Source: Planctomycetota bacterium (lineage in GTDB: Bacteria; Planctomycetota; UBA1135; UBA2386). From it: a stretch of DNA of 64,000 nt. Below are positions 55,000-64,000 of this stretch, one piece after another. The notes beneath the pieces were generated by a model. That model ran no database searches. It worked only from the letters and a program-made list of their open reading frames with translations, and was not told where the DNA came from. The stretch is taken from assembly GCA_947501605.1 (NCBI GenBank), contig CANMWZ010000015.1, positions 33,953 through 97,952 of the forward strand. The letters are read 5' to 3'. The translations under genes were made by a program, and so were the position numbers. Position 1 is the first letter of the stretch. The number at the start of each line of letters is the position of its first letter.

Positions 55000-56889
55000 T
55001 CAGGCCGTCTGTAGATCGCGCATACGCTTGTAACTGCCGCCGCGCGCCACCAACTCTTCGTGTGTGCCCATCTCGACGATGCGGCCCTGCTCCATCACCA
55101 CGATGAGGTCGGCCGACGAGATCGTCGAGAGGCGGTGCGCGATGACGAACGAAGTTCGTCCGCGGCGCAGATTGTCGAGCGCCCGCTGCACCAACTCCTC
55201 GTTCTCCGAGTCGAGACTCGATGTTGCCTCATCGAGGAACAGGATCGCTGGGTCGCGCACGATGGCGCGCGCAATCGTGATTCGCTGCATCTGACCACCG
55301 GACAGGTTGCAGCCACGCTCGCCCGCGAGTGTGTCGTAGCCCTGCGGCATCTTCTGAATGAAGTCGTGGATGTTGGCGGCCTTGGCGGCCTCCTCGATCT
55401 CCGTCTGGGTGCAACCTGGCTTGCCGTAAGCGATGTTGTCACGGATCGACGCGTTGAACAGGAATGGCTGCTGACTCACGACCGCAGTGTGCTTGCGGTA
55501 GTCGTCCATGCAAACCGTGCGCAGGTCCTTGCCATCTACGAGGACGCGCCCCTGCTTCGGGTCGTGGAATCGCATCAGCAAGTCGAGCGTCGTCGACTTG
55601 CCTGCGCCGGACGGTCCGACGAGCGCGACCGTGAGGCCGGGCTTCACCTTGAGATTCACGCCGCGCAGCACGGGCTCGTCGCCGTACGAGAACCAGACAT
55701 CCTCGAGTTCGACCTCACCGCGCAGTTGCGAAAGTGGCGCACCGCCTGAGTCGCCGTCGTCGACGCGCTCCTGCAGGATCAGCTCAATGCGATCCAGCGC
55801 GCTCACCGACTCCATCAACGTGTTGTAACTGCGTGTCAGCCGCTTCACGTGCTGGTAGGTGGTTGACAGCGGCAGCATCACGGTCGCGACGGCACTGAAC
55901 TTGACTTCACCAGTCACCAACACGAAGTAGCCAAGGAGCATCATCAAGGCGCCGAAGCCGATCTGGTAGCCCAGGAAGGTCTGCGTCATCGACATCGCCT
56001 TCGCCCGCAACATCCGCACGGTGCGCTCCAGGAAAGTCGCGTTCTGCTCTTCGTACTCGCGCAGCCGTTCACCCTCGAGCCGGAACGCCTTCACGGTCCG
56101 GATGCCAGATAGGATCTGGTTCATCGATTCGGTGGCACCGCCCATGGCCTCGAGTGTCCGACTGCTCCGCTTGCGAACTTTGCGGCCCGCGTGATACATC
56201 GGCACCGCCATCAAGGGGATCAGCAGGACCAGGACGAAGAGCGCCTTTGGCATCACCACCGCGATGACGGCGACGTTGCCCAAGATCATCAACGGATCGA
56301 CGATCACGTTGTCGCTGGCGAGCTCGAACGCACGCTGGAGAACCTGCGCATCGTTGGTCACGTTGCTGATCAACTCGCCCATCCGACGCTGGCCGAAGTA
56401 GCGGAGCGGTAGCGAGAGGATGTGCTTGGCGATTGCGCACCGCAAATCAGCCACCATCTTGATGGCGAAGAAGCGCGACGTCAGCTGCACCCCGTAGATG
56501 CAGAGGCCGCCTACGATGCCGCTGATCGCGGCCAGCAGCGCCGACGCGATCACTAGGTTCATCGCGGCGCCGCCAGCAGAAGCCCCATCGCGGCCAAACC
56601 AACCGCCGATGGTGTCCGCGTGCCCGCTGAACCAGGCGGCAAAACGATCGCTGAAGCTCGAATCCGGGTCGATCGGCGCATCGGGCGCGGAACCACCGGT
56701 TTGCGCACCCATGGCGCGCATCAGCGGATCGACGAGAAGAAAGGGCGCCTTCGTGAACACGGCTTCGAGCAGCCCGAAGCCGATCGCCGCAGCGACCAGC
56801 TTCTTGTGCGCGAGCACGGCTCCCCAGATTCGAACCAGCAGGGTCCGGAACGTCGTCGGCTCTAACTTGCGCTGCGGTTCGGCGGTCAC
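55000..56889 (-). CDS. ABC transporter permease/ATPase, MsbA-like exporter
   Basis: TM domain; GPSGAGKS, LSGGQMQR, LDEATSSLD, IAHRLST. Confidence 0.92.
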   Translation of the reverse strand: MTAEPQRKLEPTTFRTLLVRIWGAVLAHKKLVAAAIGFGLLEAVFTKAPFLLVDPLMRAMGAQTGGSAPDAPIDPDSSFSDRFAAWFSGHADTIGGWFGRDGASAGGAAMNLVIASALLAAISGIVGGLCIYGVQLTSRFFAIKMVADLRCAIAKHILSLPLRYFGQRRMGELISNVTNDAQVLQRAFELASDNVIVDPLMILGNVAVIAVVMPKALFVLVLLIPLMAVPMYHAGRKVRKRSSRTLEAMGGATESMNQILSGIRTVKAFRLEGERLREYEEQNATFLERTVRMLRAKAMSMTQTFLGYQIGFGALMMLLGYFVLVTGEVKFSAVATVMLPLSTTYQHVKRLTRSYNTLMESVSALDRIELILQERVDDGDSGGAPLSQLRGEVELEDVWFSYGDEPVLRGVNLKVKPGLTVALVGPSGAGKSTTLDLLMRFHDPKQGRVLVDGKDLRTVCMDDYRKHTAVVSQQPFLFNASIRDNIAYGKPGCTQTEIEEAAKAANIHDFIQKMPQGYDTLAGERGCNLSGGQMQRITIARAIVRDPAILFLDEATSSLDSENEELVQRALDNLRRGRTSFVIAHRLSTISSADLIVVMEQGRIVEMGTHEELVARGGSYKRMRDLQTA

Positions 56890-56899
56890 CCGCGCGACC

Positions 56900-58510
56900 T
56901 TACTCGATGACTGCCTTCTGAATCACTTCGTTGGCCCACTGCATGAAGCGATAGCTGAGGTAATCCTCGCGCACGAGCTCCTTGTCGCGGTCGCTCTTCA
57001 TGTCCATGCGCTTCTTCGGCGGCGTGCGCGAGTTGACGCGGGCGATGAACCAGCCATCAGGGCCCTTGATCGGGCCAACCGTCTTGCCGATCTCGGCATC
57101 GAAGAACAGGTAGCTCGCGACCGAGTAGCCATCGAGGAGCTCGCTGAACTCATTCTCGCGCAACTGCTGGCGGACCTGGTTGAGCGGCAAGAAGCCGAAG
57201 CGACCGCGCTTCTCGTCGTTGATGATGAACTCACCGCGCTTGTTGAGAGCTTCGTCGAAGGTCGTCTCGCCCTTCTCGAGGGACGCAAACACCGCCTCGC
57301 AACGCTCCTTGGCCTTTTGCATACCGTCCGACTGCCACGCCATCGTCTGGATGTCGCGAGCCAGGAACTGGATGACCTCGACATTGACGCTGCCGTCACC
57401 GAAGAAGCCTGCGCGCTTGTCGGCGTAGGCCTGCAGCGCTTCGTCGGTCAGCTCGGCCTTGATCATGTCGTTGTACGACGTCATCAGGCGCCAGCGCGAA
57501 CGGAAGGCCTCGAGACAGGGGTAGCCCTTGAACTTGGTGGCAATCACTTCGACCGTGAACGGCGTCGTGTCGTAGGGCTGGCGGTACTCGTCGTAGCGCT
57601 TTTGGAACTCTTCGTCGGTGACCCAGACGTCCCGCTTCACCAACTCCTGGCGCAGCGCTTCGCGGGCGATCACTTCCTGCATCGCGCGCTCGATGTCCTG
57701 CACGAACAGGCCCTTGCGGATGAACTCGTAGGCGTCCTCTGTCGGCCACGGCAACCCGTTGACCGACAAGACGATCTCCGCCGGCAGACCGTTGCTCGCG
57801 TACTTGATCTCGCTCCAGTTGCGCAGGCCCTGCTGCACGAACTGGCGCATCATTGTCATCCAGAACTCAGGCAGCGGCTTCGGGTTGCCCTTCTCGTCGA
57901 CCTGATCGCCCGTCTTCTCCAGCTGGTCCAAGAACTGCTGTCCTTGGCTGTTGTTGGTCTTGGACATGATCGCCTCCTTGGTGATCTGCGGCCACGTCTT
58001 CACCGAGCCCGGGAAGAACACGCGGTCGAACACGATCGCCTGGCGACGCTGCTGCAAGAAGGTCTCGCGGTTGAGCCCATACTGGGTGCGCACGACCTCC
58101 CAGAAATCGACGCCCGGATGCTCGACGGCGAACTGGTTCATCTTTGGCTCCAGCTCGACCATCACTTCCTCGTCGGACACGACGAAGTCCTCGGCGCGGC
58201 GCTGACCTGACTCCAACTGCTTCTTCACCTCTTCCAGGATGAAGAAGTCGGCGACTTTGGCTTCGACCAGCTTGCCGCCGGTGAGGTAGATCGCCTCGCG
58301 CTTGACGATTCGCGGGTCGAGCGCGACGCCGTTCACCTTGACCGGCCGAAGCAGCTTGTCGCGGGCCGCAATCGCCAAGTCCTGCAGCTTGTCAGCCTCC
58401 GAACTGAGGCTCTTGATCTGCTCCTCTGGAGACTGCGCCAGCAGAGTCGAGGGGGCCACCACGGTCGTAACTAGGGCCGCGGCGAACAAGGTGAGGAACA
58501 AGGGCTTCAT
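56900..58510 (-). CDS. Exported SurA/PpiC-like foldase
   Basis: Signal peptide; SurA-N-like helices; FFDAEIGKTVGPIKGPDGWFI parvulin-like motif. Confidence 0.65.
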   Translation of the reverse strand: MKPLFLTLFAAALVTTVVAPSTLLAQSPEEQIKSLSSEADKLQDLAIAARDKLLRPVKVNGVALDPRIVKREAIYLTGGKLVEAKVADFFILEEVKKQLESGQRRAEDFVVSDEEVMVELEPKMNQFAVEHPGVDFWEVVRTQYGLNRETFLQQRRQAIVFDRVFFPGSVKTWPQITKEAIMSKTNNSQGQQFLDQLEKTGDQVDEKGNPKPLPEFWMTMMRQFVQQGLRNWSEIKYASNGLPAEIVLSVNGLPWPTEDAYEFIRKGLFVQDIERAMQEVIAREALRQELVKRDVWVTDEEFQKRYDEYRQPYDTTPFTVEVIATKFKGYPCLEAFRSRWRLMTSYNDMIKAELTDEALQAYADKRAGFFGDGSVNVEVIQFLARDIQTMAWQSDGMQKAKERCEAVFASLEKGETTFDEALNKRGEFIINDEKRGRFGFLPLNQVRQQLRENEFSELLDGYSVASYLFFDAEIGKTVGPIKGPDGWFIARVNSRTPPKKRMDMKSDRDKELVREDYLSYRFMQWANEVIQKAVIE

Positions 58511-58702
58511 GATCAACAACAGTGTGGCTAGGGACGGAATGGGGCGCGAAGTCTAGCGTGGAGGGGCCGGGTTACGAGCCGTGGCGCGCAAAGCTCCGGA
58601 TTCCACCGCCTCGAGGTCTCCTCGGTCCCACCGCAAGCCCCCAGAACCCCTTGCCGCCGGCAGCGCGAACGGCCCCTCCCCTGTTAGCATCCGCCCCACG
58701 GC

Positions 58703-59383
58703 ATGAGCTACGACCCGCGCACGATCTCGTTTACCGCCGAAATCTTCTACCCGCCCATCCAGCTTCGGGCCGACCTAGTCCAAGGCGTCCACAACACGCT
58801 CTTCCGACAACCGGCGCTGGGCTACCAGAGCTTCCAGATTGCACCGGACGCCGTGCATCTGACCAATCTGCCGCAGACGCCGGGACAGGTGTCGTCGCTG
58901 TCGTTCCAAGCCGACCGGATGGTGTTTCGCGAGGAGTTCCGGGCTACCACCATTGAGGACTTCGCCACCAGGGTCGTCAACATCGCTGGCATCGCCTTCT
59001 CGGCACTGTCGATTCCGGTCTCGATTGCGCAGCAGTTCTGCGTGCGTTCGCTCATCGCGCCCAAGCACGTGCGCGATGGCCGTGAGTTCTTGGCCAAGTA
59101 CCTGCTCGCCCGAGGCGACGCGCTGGCGGGCTTTGGTCGGCCCATGCAGAGCCTCGGACTGCGCTTCACCTTTCCGCCGACCGAGCAGGACCGCGCGCTG
59201 CACCACGTGCGCGTCGAGAGCTGGCCGCAGGATGCACGCTCACTGTGGCTTGAGGTGACCAGCACCTACCCGGGCGCTATCTCGGCAGCCCAATTGCCGT
59301 CGGTCGCCGACCTGCTCTACGCCACCTACGGGTTCCTGACCGGGCCAGTAGCCGACTACCTCGCGGGCCACGACCAGCCATGA
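58703..59383 (+). CDS. Hypothetical protein (possibly TIGR04255-like)
   Basis: 226-aa ORF with normal composition; ATGA-coupled to the next gene. Confidence 0.6.
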   Translation: MSYDPRTISFTAEIFYPPIQLRADLVQGVHNTLFRQPALGYQSFQIAPDAVHLTNLPQTPGQVSSLSFQADRMVFREEFRATTIEDFATRVVNIAGIAFSALSIPVSIAQQFCVRSLIAPKHVRDGREFLAKYLLARGDALAGFGRPMQSLGLRFTFPPTEQDRALHHVRVESWPQDARSLWLEVTSTYPGAISAAQLPSVADLLYATYGFLTGPVADYLAGHDQP

Positions 59384-60150
59384 CCTACGAGCAAGCCTCC
59401 CCACCGCTGACGAACAAGCCAAAGCCCGCCGCCCGAACCTACGTGCGCGCGGCGCCAGCTCTGTTCGCGGTGTTCGCGTCGCTGCTCACCGTCATGATCG
59501 CGACGCGCGACAAGAAGACTGCCAAGAGTCCCGAGCTGTCTCCGACGGCGACCACTGCTGCCATCCAGCCCAATGACGTCTTGCTCGTCGTCGACGATGT
59601 CACGATCACTTACGGCGACGTCAAAGAACAAGTCGAACAGCTCGACTTGGTGGCGCCCGAGTACAGCCTGCGCAAGAAGATCCAGAAGGTACTGCCCGAG
59701 TACACGATCCCACTGATGTTCGCCCGTCGCGAGTTCGGTGAGAGCCGGGAGAAGCTGCTGGATCTCGCCAAGACCGTCCGCGCCGCCAGCGGCAACGTCA
59801 GCGAACTCGAAAGGAATGGGGTCGACCGTGCCTTCCGCCGCGCGACGATTTCGCGCGGCGACGTCGAGGTCCCTGTCGCCAGCTTTCTGTTCGAACCAAC
59901 CAACGTCGGCGCCGTGAGCGCACCCATTGAGGTGCCCGCCGGCTACATGCTCGTAGGCGCTGTCGACCTGAAGCAGGCCGCAGTCCCGCTAGAAGACCTG
60001 TGCGAAGCGGTGCAGGTCGGCTTCTTCACTCACGACCAGAAGTTCTGGCGCGAGTGGAAGCAGGACCTGAGAACCCGGCTGCAAAAGCGCGTCAGCTACG
60101 TGCACCCCGACTTCCGCCTCGCGATGCCCCCGTGGCTCGAACTTCCATGA
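59380..60150 (+). CDS. Membrane-anchored protein with degenerate PpiC/SurA-like features
   Basis: TM helix; LLVVDDVTIT; FLFEPTNVGAVSAPIEVPAGYML. Confidence 0.55.
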   Translation: MTYEQASPPLTNKPKPAARTYVRAAPALFAVFASLLTVMIATRDKKTAKSPELSPTATTAAIQPNDVLLVVDDVTITYGDVKEQVEQLDLVAPEYSLRKKIQKVLPEYTIPLMFARREFGESREKLLDLAKTVRAASGNVSELERNGVDRAFRRATISRGDVEVPVASFLFEPTNVGAVSAPIEVPAGYMLVGAVDLKQAAVPLEDLCEAVQVGFFTHDQKFWREWKQDLRTRLQKRVSYVHPDFRLAMPPWLELP

Positions 60151-61052
60151 CGATGACCTTGCGCCGGCTGCTCCTTTCTCTGCTCGCCTGCATCGGTGTC
60201 GCAGCGGTCGCGCAAGACCCAGGGAAGGCCCCTGACTCCTCCCCGCCTGCAGCCGCCCAGGACCCAAAGTCGTCCCCCACCGAGCTCCCGAAGCCGATCA
60301 CGGCATGGCCAAGCCTGTCGGCCACGGATCGAGAACGAGCAATCTCGCTGACCGGCCAGTTCAAGAAGGATGACGTCGCGCTGCGCGAGGCCGCACGGAA
60401 GGACCTGATTGCGATGGGGGCAGGAGCCGCCCCTGCGTTGTTTCAAAAGGTCGGCGACACCGACAAGGAACTGGCCGTCAACGACGAGATCTACTTGGTG
60501 TTCGACGCGATGCTGGCTTCCGAGCACCGCAATCTGATGGCCGAGCAGGCCAAGAAAAAGAAACTCGAACTGCGCAAGTATCTGATCCGACGGCTGTGCG
60601 AGATGGCCGACCCCGAGTTGAAGGACGAGCTCGCGCCCTTTGCAAAAGACGTCGACGAACAGACCGCGTTCTACGCCAATCTCGGCCTAGCGGCCCTCAA
60701 GGACAAGCCGGCACTGCTTACGGTGCTCGAGACCACCCGCAAGGACTGGGCTGATCACGTCGCCATGGTGAGCAAAGTGCTGCCAACCGCACGCAGCAGC
60801 GAGTGCGCGCTTGCGATCGCTGAGTTCATCGCCGGGAAGCAGCCACAAGTACAGGCAGCCGGCCTGCGCCTGCTGCGCTACGTCGCCACCGATGCAGACG
60901 CCGTCGTGGTCAAGAGCTATCTGTCGGCCGAAGACCACAACGTGAAGAAGGAGGCGGTCAATGCGATGCGCGTGATGCATGGCCAGCCCCCTCTCGAGAT
61001 GCTCTCTGCCTTTGACACCATTGGCATGGCGCAGGAGTGGCTGACCAAATGA
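60147..61052 (+). CDS. Secreted HEAT-repeat protein
   Basis: Signal peptide; helical repeats (EDHNVKKEAVNAMR); ATGA overlaps at both ends. Confidence 0.7.
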   Translation: MTMTLRRLLLSLLACIGVAAVAQDPGKAPDSSPPAAAQDPKSSPTELPKPITAWPSLSATDRERAISLTGQFKKDDVALREAARKDLIAMGAGAAPALFQKVGDTDKELAVNDEIYLVFDAMLASEHRNLMAEQAKKKKLELRKYLIRRLCEMADPELKDELAPFAKDVDEQTAFYANLGLAALKDKPALLTVLETTRKDWADHVAMVSKVLPTARSSECALAIAEFIAGKQPQVQAAGLRLLRYVATDADAVVVKSYLSAEDHNVKKEAVNAMRVMHGQPPLEMLSAFDTIGMAQEWLTK

Positions 61053-62293
61053 TCACGACGATCCCGGTGTCGCTGCTGCGCCTCGCTGCAGCGACGATAT
61101 TGCCGCTGATCGCACTCGTGGCCCAGGACAAGCTGCCCAAGTGGAAGCAGGACCCGTACACCAAAAACAAGCCCGAGGCGTTGCAGAAGGCAGGCTACGT
61201 CTCGTACGGCCCCTTTCCATTCGGTGGGCGAGGTGCCGCGGAGGCACAGACGACGGACATCGAGAAATCGCTCCCCTACACACAACTGCGCTGGATCGAG
61301 ACTGCTCATTTCCGCATCGGCATGGACTTGCCCGAATGGGTAGTGCCAATGGACCCGGTTACGCGCGCCAAGATCCGCAGTGAACTCGAACGGCTCGCCG
61401 AGAAGTTGCCGGGCGTCGACCCCAAGACGCGCAAGCTGGACCCCTGGTTGCGCGCGCACTTGTTTGCGCAGCGCTGTGAAGACCTGCACGCCGAGTTTTG
61501 CGCGATGGCCGGCATCAAGGACGCCGACTTCCCCCAAGACGCCAAGAACGTCGTCAAGATGCCAGGCAGCGCCTACATGGGCTACGGGCCGCATCTCGGC
61601 ATGAAGGACAAGTACCTCGTGCTGCTGTTCGAGAGCATGACGCCGTTCCAGACCTATCTGGACGAGTACCTGGGCCGCAAGTCCAAGTTCGGTCAGCGGT
61701 GGCACTTCAAAGACGTCGGCTGCCTCATCTTCTCCATCGCAACCGAGTGTGACGGAGGGCGACTCAAGCATGACACGGCGCTGCATTGCACGCTTGCGTT
61801 CAACCTGTCGCAGAACCTGCTCGACGGCTTTCGCTACTACAATTACGATCTACCGGTGTGGATTCGCGAGGGCGTCGCGCACTGGTTCGAGCGGCGCGTC
61901 GACGAGAAGTGGAACAGCTACGACCAGACAGAGGGTTCGCCCGCAGACATCCGCACGACCTGGAAATGGAAGCCGATCCTTCGCGGCATGGTGGGAAGCG
62001 ATAAGTATCGACCCTTCTCCGAGTGCTACCAATGGCGCGACTTCGGCGACATCAAGTTCGAGGACCATATGGCCATCTGGTCGCGCATGGACTTCCTCCA
62101 ATCGATGGGCCACGACAAGTGGCGCACCTTCCTGTTCGAGGTGAAGGGCCGCGTCAACGAGGACTGGTCGCCCAACATGAACGACTTGGTCGGCGCAACG
62201 CGCGACGCACTGCAAAAGGCCTACGGCATCTCGGTTCTGCAGCTCGACGAGAAGTGGGCCGAGTGGGTCAAAGCGAACTATCCCTCGCAGTGA
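61049..62293 (+). CDS. Secreted hypothetical protein, gluzincin/DUF1570-like but lacking HExxH
   Basis: IETAHFRI, LPVWIREGVAHWFE, WSRMDFL. Confidence 0.65.
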   Translation: MITTIPVSLLRLAAATILPLIALVAQDKLPKWKQDPYTKNKPEALQKAGYVSYGPFPFGGRGAAEAQTTDIEKSLPYTQLRWIETAHFRIGMDLPEWVVPMDPVTRAKIRSELERLAEKLPGVDPKTRKLDPWLRAHLFAQRCEDLHAEFCAMAGIKDADFPQDAKNVVKMPGSAYMGYGPHLGMKDKYLVLLFESMTPFQTYLDEYLGRKSKFGQRWHFKDVGCLIFSIATECDGGRLKHDTALHCTLAFNLSQNLLDGFRYYNYDLPVWIREGVAHWFERRVDEKWNSYDQTEGSPADIRTTWKWKPILRGMVGSDKYRPFSECYQWRDFGDIKFEDHMAIWSRMDFLQSMGHDKWRTFLFEVKGRVNEDWSPNMNDLVGATRDALQKAYGISVLQLDEKWAEWVKANYPSQ

Positions 62294-62351
62294 GTGTGGT
62301 TAGGAGCGGGAAGGCAGCACGGTGAGTCACCCCACGAATCCAGAGAGCGAA

Positions 62352-62640
62352 TTGCCGCCGAAGATCGGGCCCTATCAGCCGCTGCAAGTGATCGGCGAAG
62401 GCGGGATGGGGACCGTGTGGCTGGCTGAGCAGCCCACCTGAAGGGCGTCATGCACCGAGACATCAAACCGGGCAACGTGCTCGTCACCGTGAAAGACGGA
62501 CATCCTGTGCCCAAGTTGGTCGACTTCGGCCTCGCGAAGGCAGTCGGCCATCGCCTCGTCGAGCACGTCTTGTTCACCGAACAGGGTCAGATCCTGGGAA
62601 CGCCGGAGTAGATGTCGCCAGAACAGGCAGGCAGCTTGGG
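62352..62640 (+). pseudogene. Ser/Thr protein kinase remnant
   Basis: [27 protein letters not shown] then TGA/frameshift; [16 protein letters not shown]...DFGLAKA...GTPE(TAG)MSPEQA; subdomains II-V deleted. Confidence 0.88.
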
Positions 62641-62738
62641 GCCTACCGATCACCCTACAGACCGCGACTCTGAGGCCCACCACCCCACTGTTGGCGCTCG
62701 GCAATGCCCGCGACTTCGTCTTGATGCCGTGACCGCAA

Positions 62739-63443
62739 TCAGCTCGGCTCCCACAGCACGAACTTGTAGATCGGCAACAAGGCGAGCAGCGAACTCTTCA
62801 CCCACGCTTCTGCCTCCTCACCCATCGACAATGCGTCCTCCTTCGGCAGCTGTCGCTGGATGTGCAACCAGTGATCGCCCGGCGTGTACATCGCCAGGGT
62901 CTCCTTCATATGGAGCGGCTGCGCCTGCGCGCACCAGTTGCTCTTCTTCCAGTCGTGCACGCGGAGATCGAAGCCAGGCGGCAGTGCGCGCAGCATCGAG
63001 CAGAACTCCTTCAACGCGGACTCGTCGCTCGCGCACTTCTTCTTGAGGTTGCCGCCGTCCCACCACGCTTGCGGGTGGATGCGCAGCGCGGCTTCGACGA
63101 TCTGGTCGTCGAGGCACACTTCGAGAACGGTCTGGATGTAGTGGGTCTCGGCGTCCTTGCCGAGCGCCTCGCCGAAGAAGGTCGCGAGCTTCTTGCGCTC
63201 CTTGGTGCCGCGGCAGAGGTAGGCGCGCTGCTCCTTCACGCGGTAGGCGTTGAAGGTGTAGGGATGGTGCAGGCCGGCCTGGGTGCTGAGGTCCGCGCCG
63301 AGGCCCTTGGCCTCCTTCTGCACGGTGTCGGCGATCGACTTGAGCTTGCGCCGGACGGAGAGCCGGAGCGCGTTGTACTCCGGGTCGTCCTGGCGGTGCT
63401 TTTCGTAGGCCTTGAAGTCGCGTTCGAGGAAGGCTTCGGACAT
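62739..63443 (-). CDS. Hypothetical protein (DUF1054/YktB-like)
   Basis: AFLERDFKAY N-terminus and LLPIYKF C-terminus; strong GC3 bias. Confidence 0.65.
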   Translation of the reverse strand: MSEAFLERDFKAYEKHRQDDPEYNALRLSVRRKLKSIADTVQKEAKGLGADLSTQAGLHHPYTFNAYRVKEQRAYLCRGTKERKKLATFFGEALGKDAETHYIQTVLEVCLDDQIVEAALRIHPQAWWDGGNLKKKCASDESALKEFCSMLRALPPGFDLRVHDWKKSNWCAQAQPLHMKETLAMYTPGDHWLHIQRQLPKEDALSMGEEAEAWVKSSLLALLPIYKFVLWEPS

Positions 63444-63647
63444 CGATGGGAGAGCCTAGCTGCTAGTCTCGGGGAAGACGATTCTGGGCCGCTGGGGTGG
63501 GGCAATCCCAGCCGCGATCAGCAGGCCGATAGTCCCGGGTGCAGAGTAGTTGGTGCGCTGTTCCCGGCTGAACAGGCCCTGACTGCACCGGTCGGCGACG
63601 ACCAGGGTCGCGAGCGCACGTTCAACGCGCATCGATCGGACGGAGAA

Positions 63648-63691
63648 TGGTGGGCCGTGCAGGAGTCGAACCTGCGACTTCGACCTTGTGA
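63648..63691 (-). tRNA. 3' half only of tRNA-Val(CAC); likely att site remnant
   Basis: Minus strand T-CAC-AA GGTCG AAGTC GCAGG TTCGACT CCTGC ACGGCCC A CCA; no D arm or 5' acceptor strand upstream. Confidence 0.8.
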
Positions 63692-64000
63692 CCCAGTCGG
63701 GTAGGACCGCCGCGAAGTCCGTAAGTAATCGCGACTTAGGTAGCTTACGCGCGATGCGGAGTGTTCGCAATGGGTCGCGCAGATTCGTCGTAAGTCGTTT
63801 GGATTCGTGGTGGCTCGCAGCGAATGGGTGCATGTGCACCGATTCACTTCTCTCGCGGAAAGTGCTTCGTGCACTCCTTGCGCCAACGGTGCCGCTCGTG
63901 GCGGCCCGCCTCCATGAACGGTGCCGCAGCACTGCCCGTCGAGGACTCGTGTTTCAGGTTCGCCTTCGAACACCATGGTGCTGGGCCGCGTAGCGCGAGA
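63692..64000. mobile_element. Putative terminus of an integrative element inserted at tRNA-Val
   Basis: Abuts the tRNA 3' fragment; AT-richer CGTAAG...CTTACG inverted motif at 63720-63749 and a further CGTAAG at 63789. Confidence 0.5.

Noticed and set aside
63692..64000. Group I intron interrupting tRNA-Val
   Set aside because: No P7/J8-7 core motifs seen and no 5' exon in the window; an att remnant explains the data better

Overview
High-GC (~65-68% by eye) bacterial chromosomal window. Its gene content (many ECF sigma factors, Hanks-type Ser/Thr kinases with TM-TPR tails, secreted HEAT/VWA proteins, Tricorn protease) is most consistent with a Planctomycetota/PVC genome (inference). About 55 plausible CDSs. 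1-12.3 kb: signalling island with four ECF sigma factors, two Ser/Thr kinases and a pair of paralogous unknown lipoproteins. One ECF is fused in frame to a membrane kinase only because of an expanded (GC)n microsatellite. 15-28 kb: atypical phosphonate/phosphate locus (asparagine-synthetase-like and GNAT genes, aepY, phnW/aepZ, pstS, then a translationally coupled pstC-pstA-pstB-aroA-gpmI-like run) with no PEP mutase in the window. 28-62 kb: mostly housekeeping/envelope genes (HEAT/VWA, CPA1 antiporter, Tricorn, selenium-type YedE, clpB, purB, nadC, FlhG/MinD, ruvC, ispD, ispF, MsbA-like, PPIase-like). Right end: a decayed kinase pseudogene and an isolated 3' half of tRNA-Val(CAC) that looks like the att boundary of an integrative element continuing beyond the window. 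No CRISPR array, rRNA, complete tRNA or transposase was seen. All family calls come from motif recognition by eye; no database searches were run.
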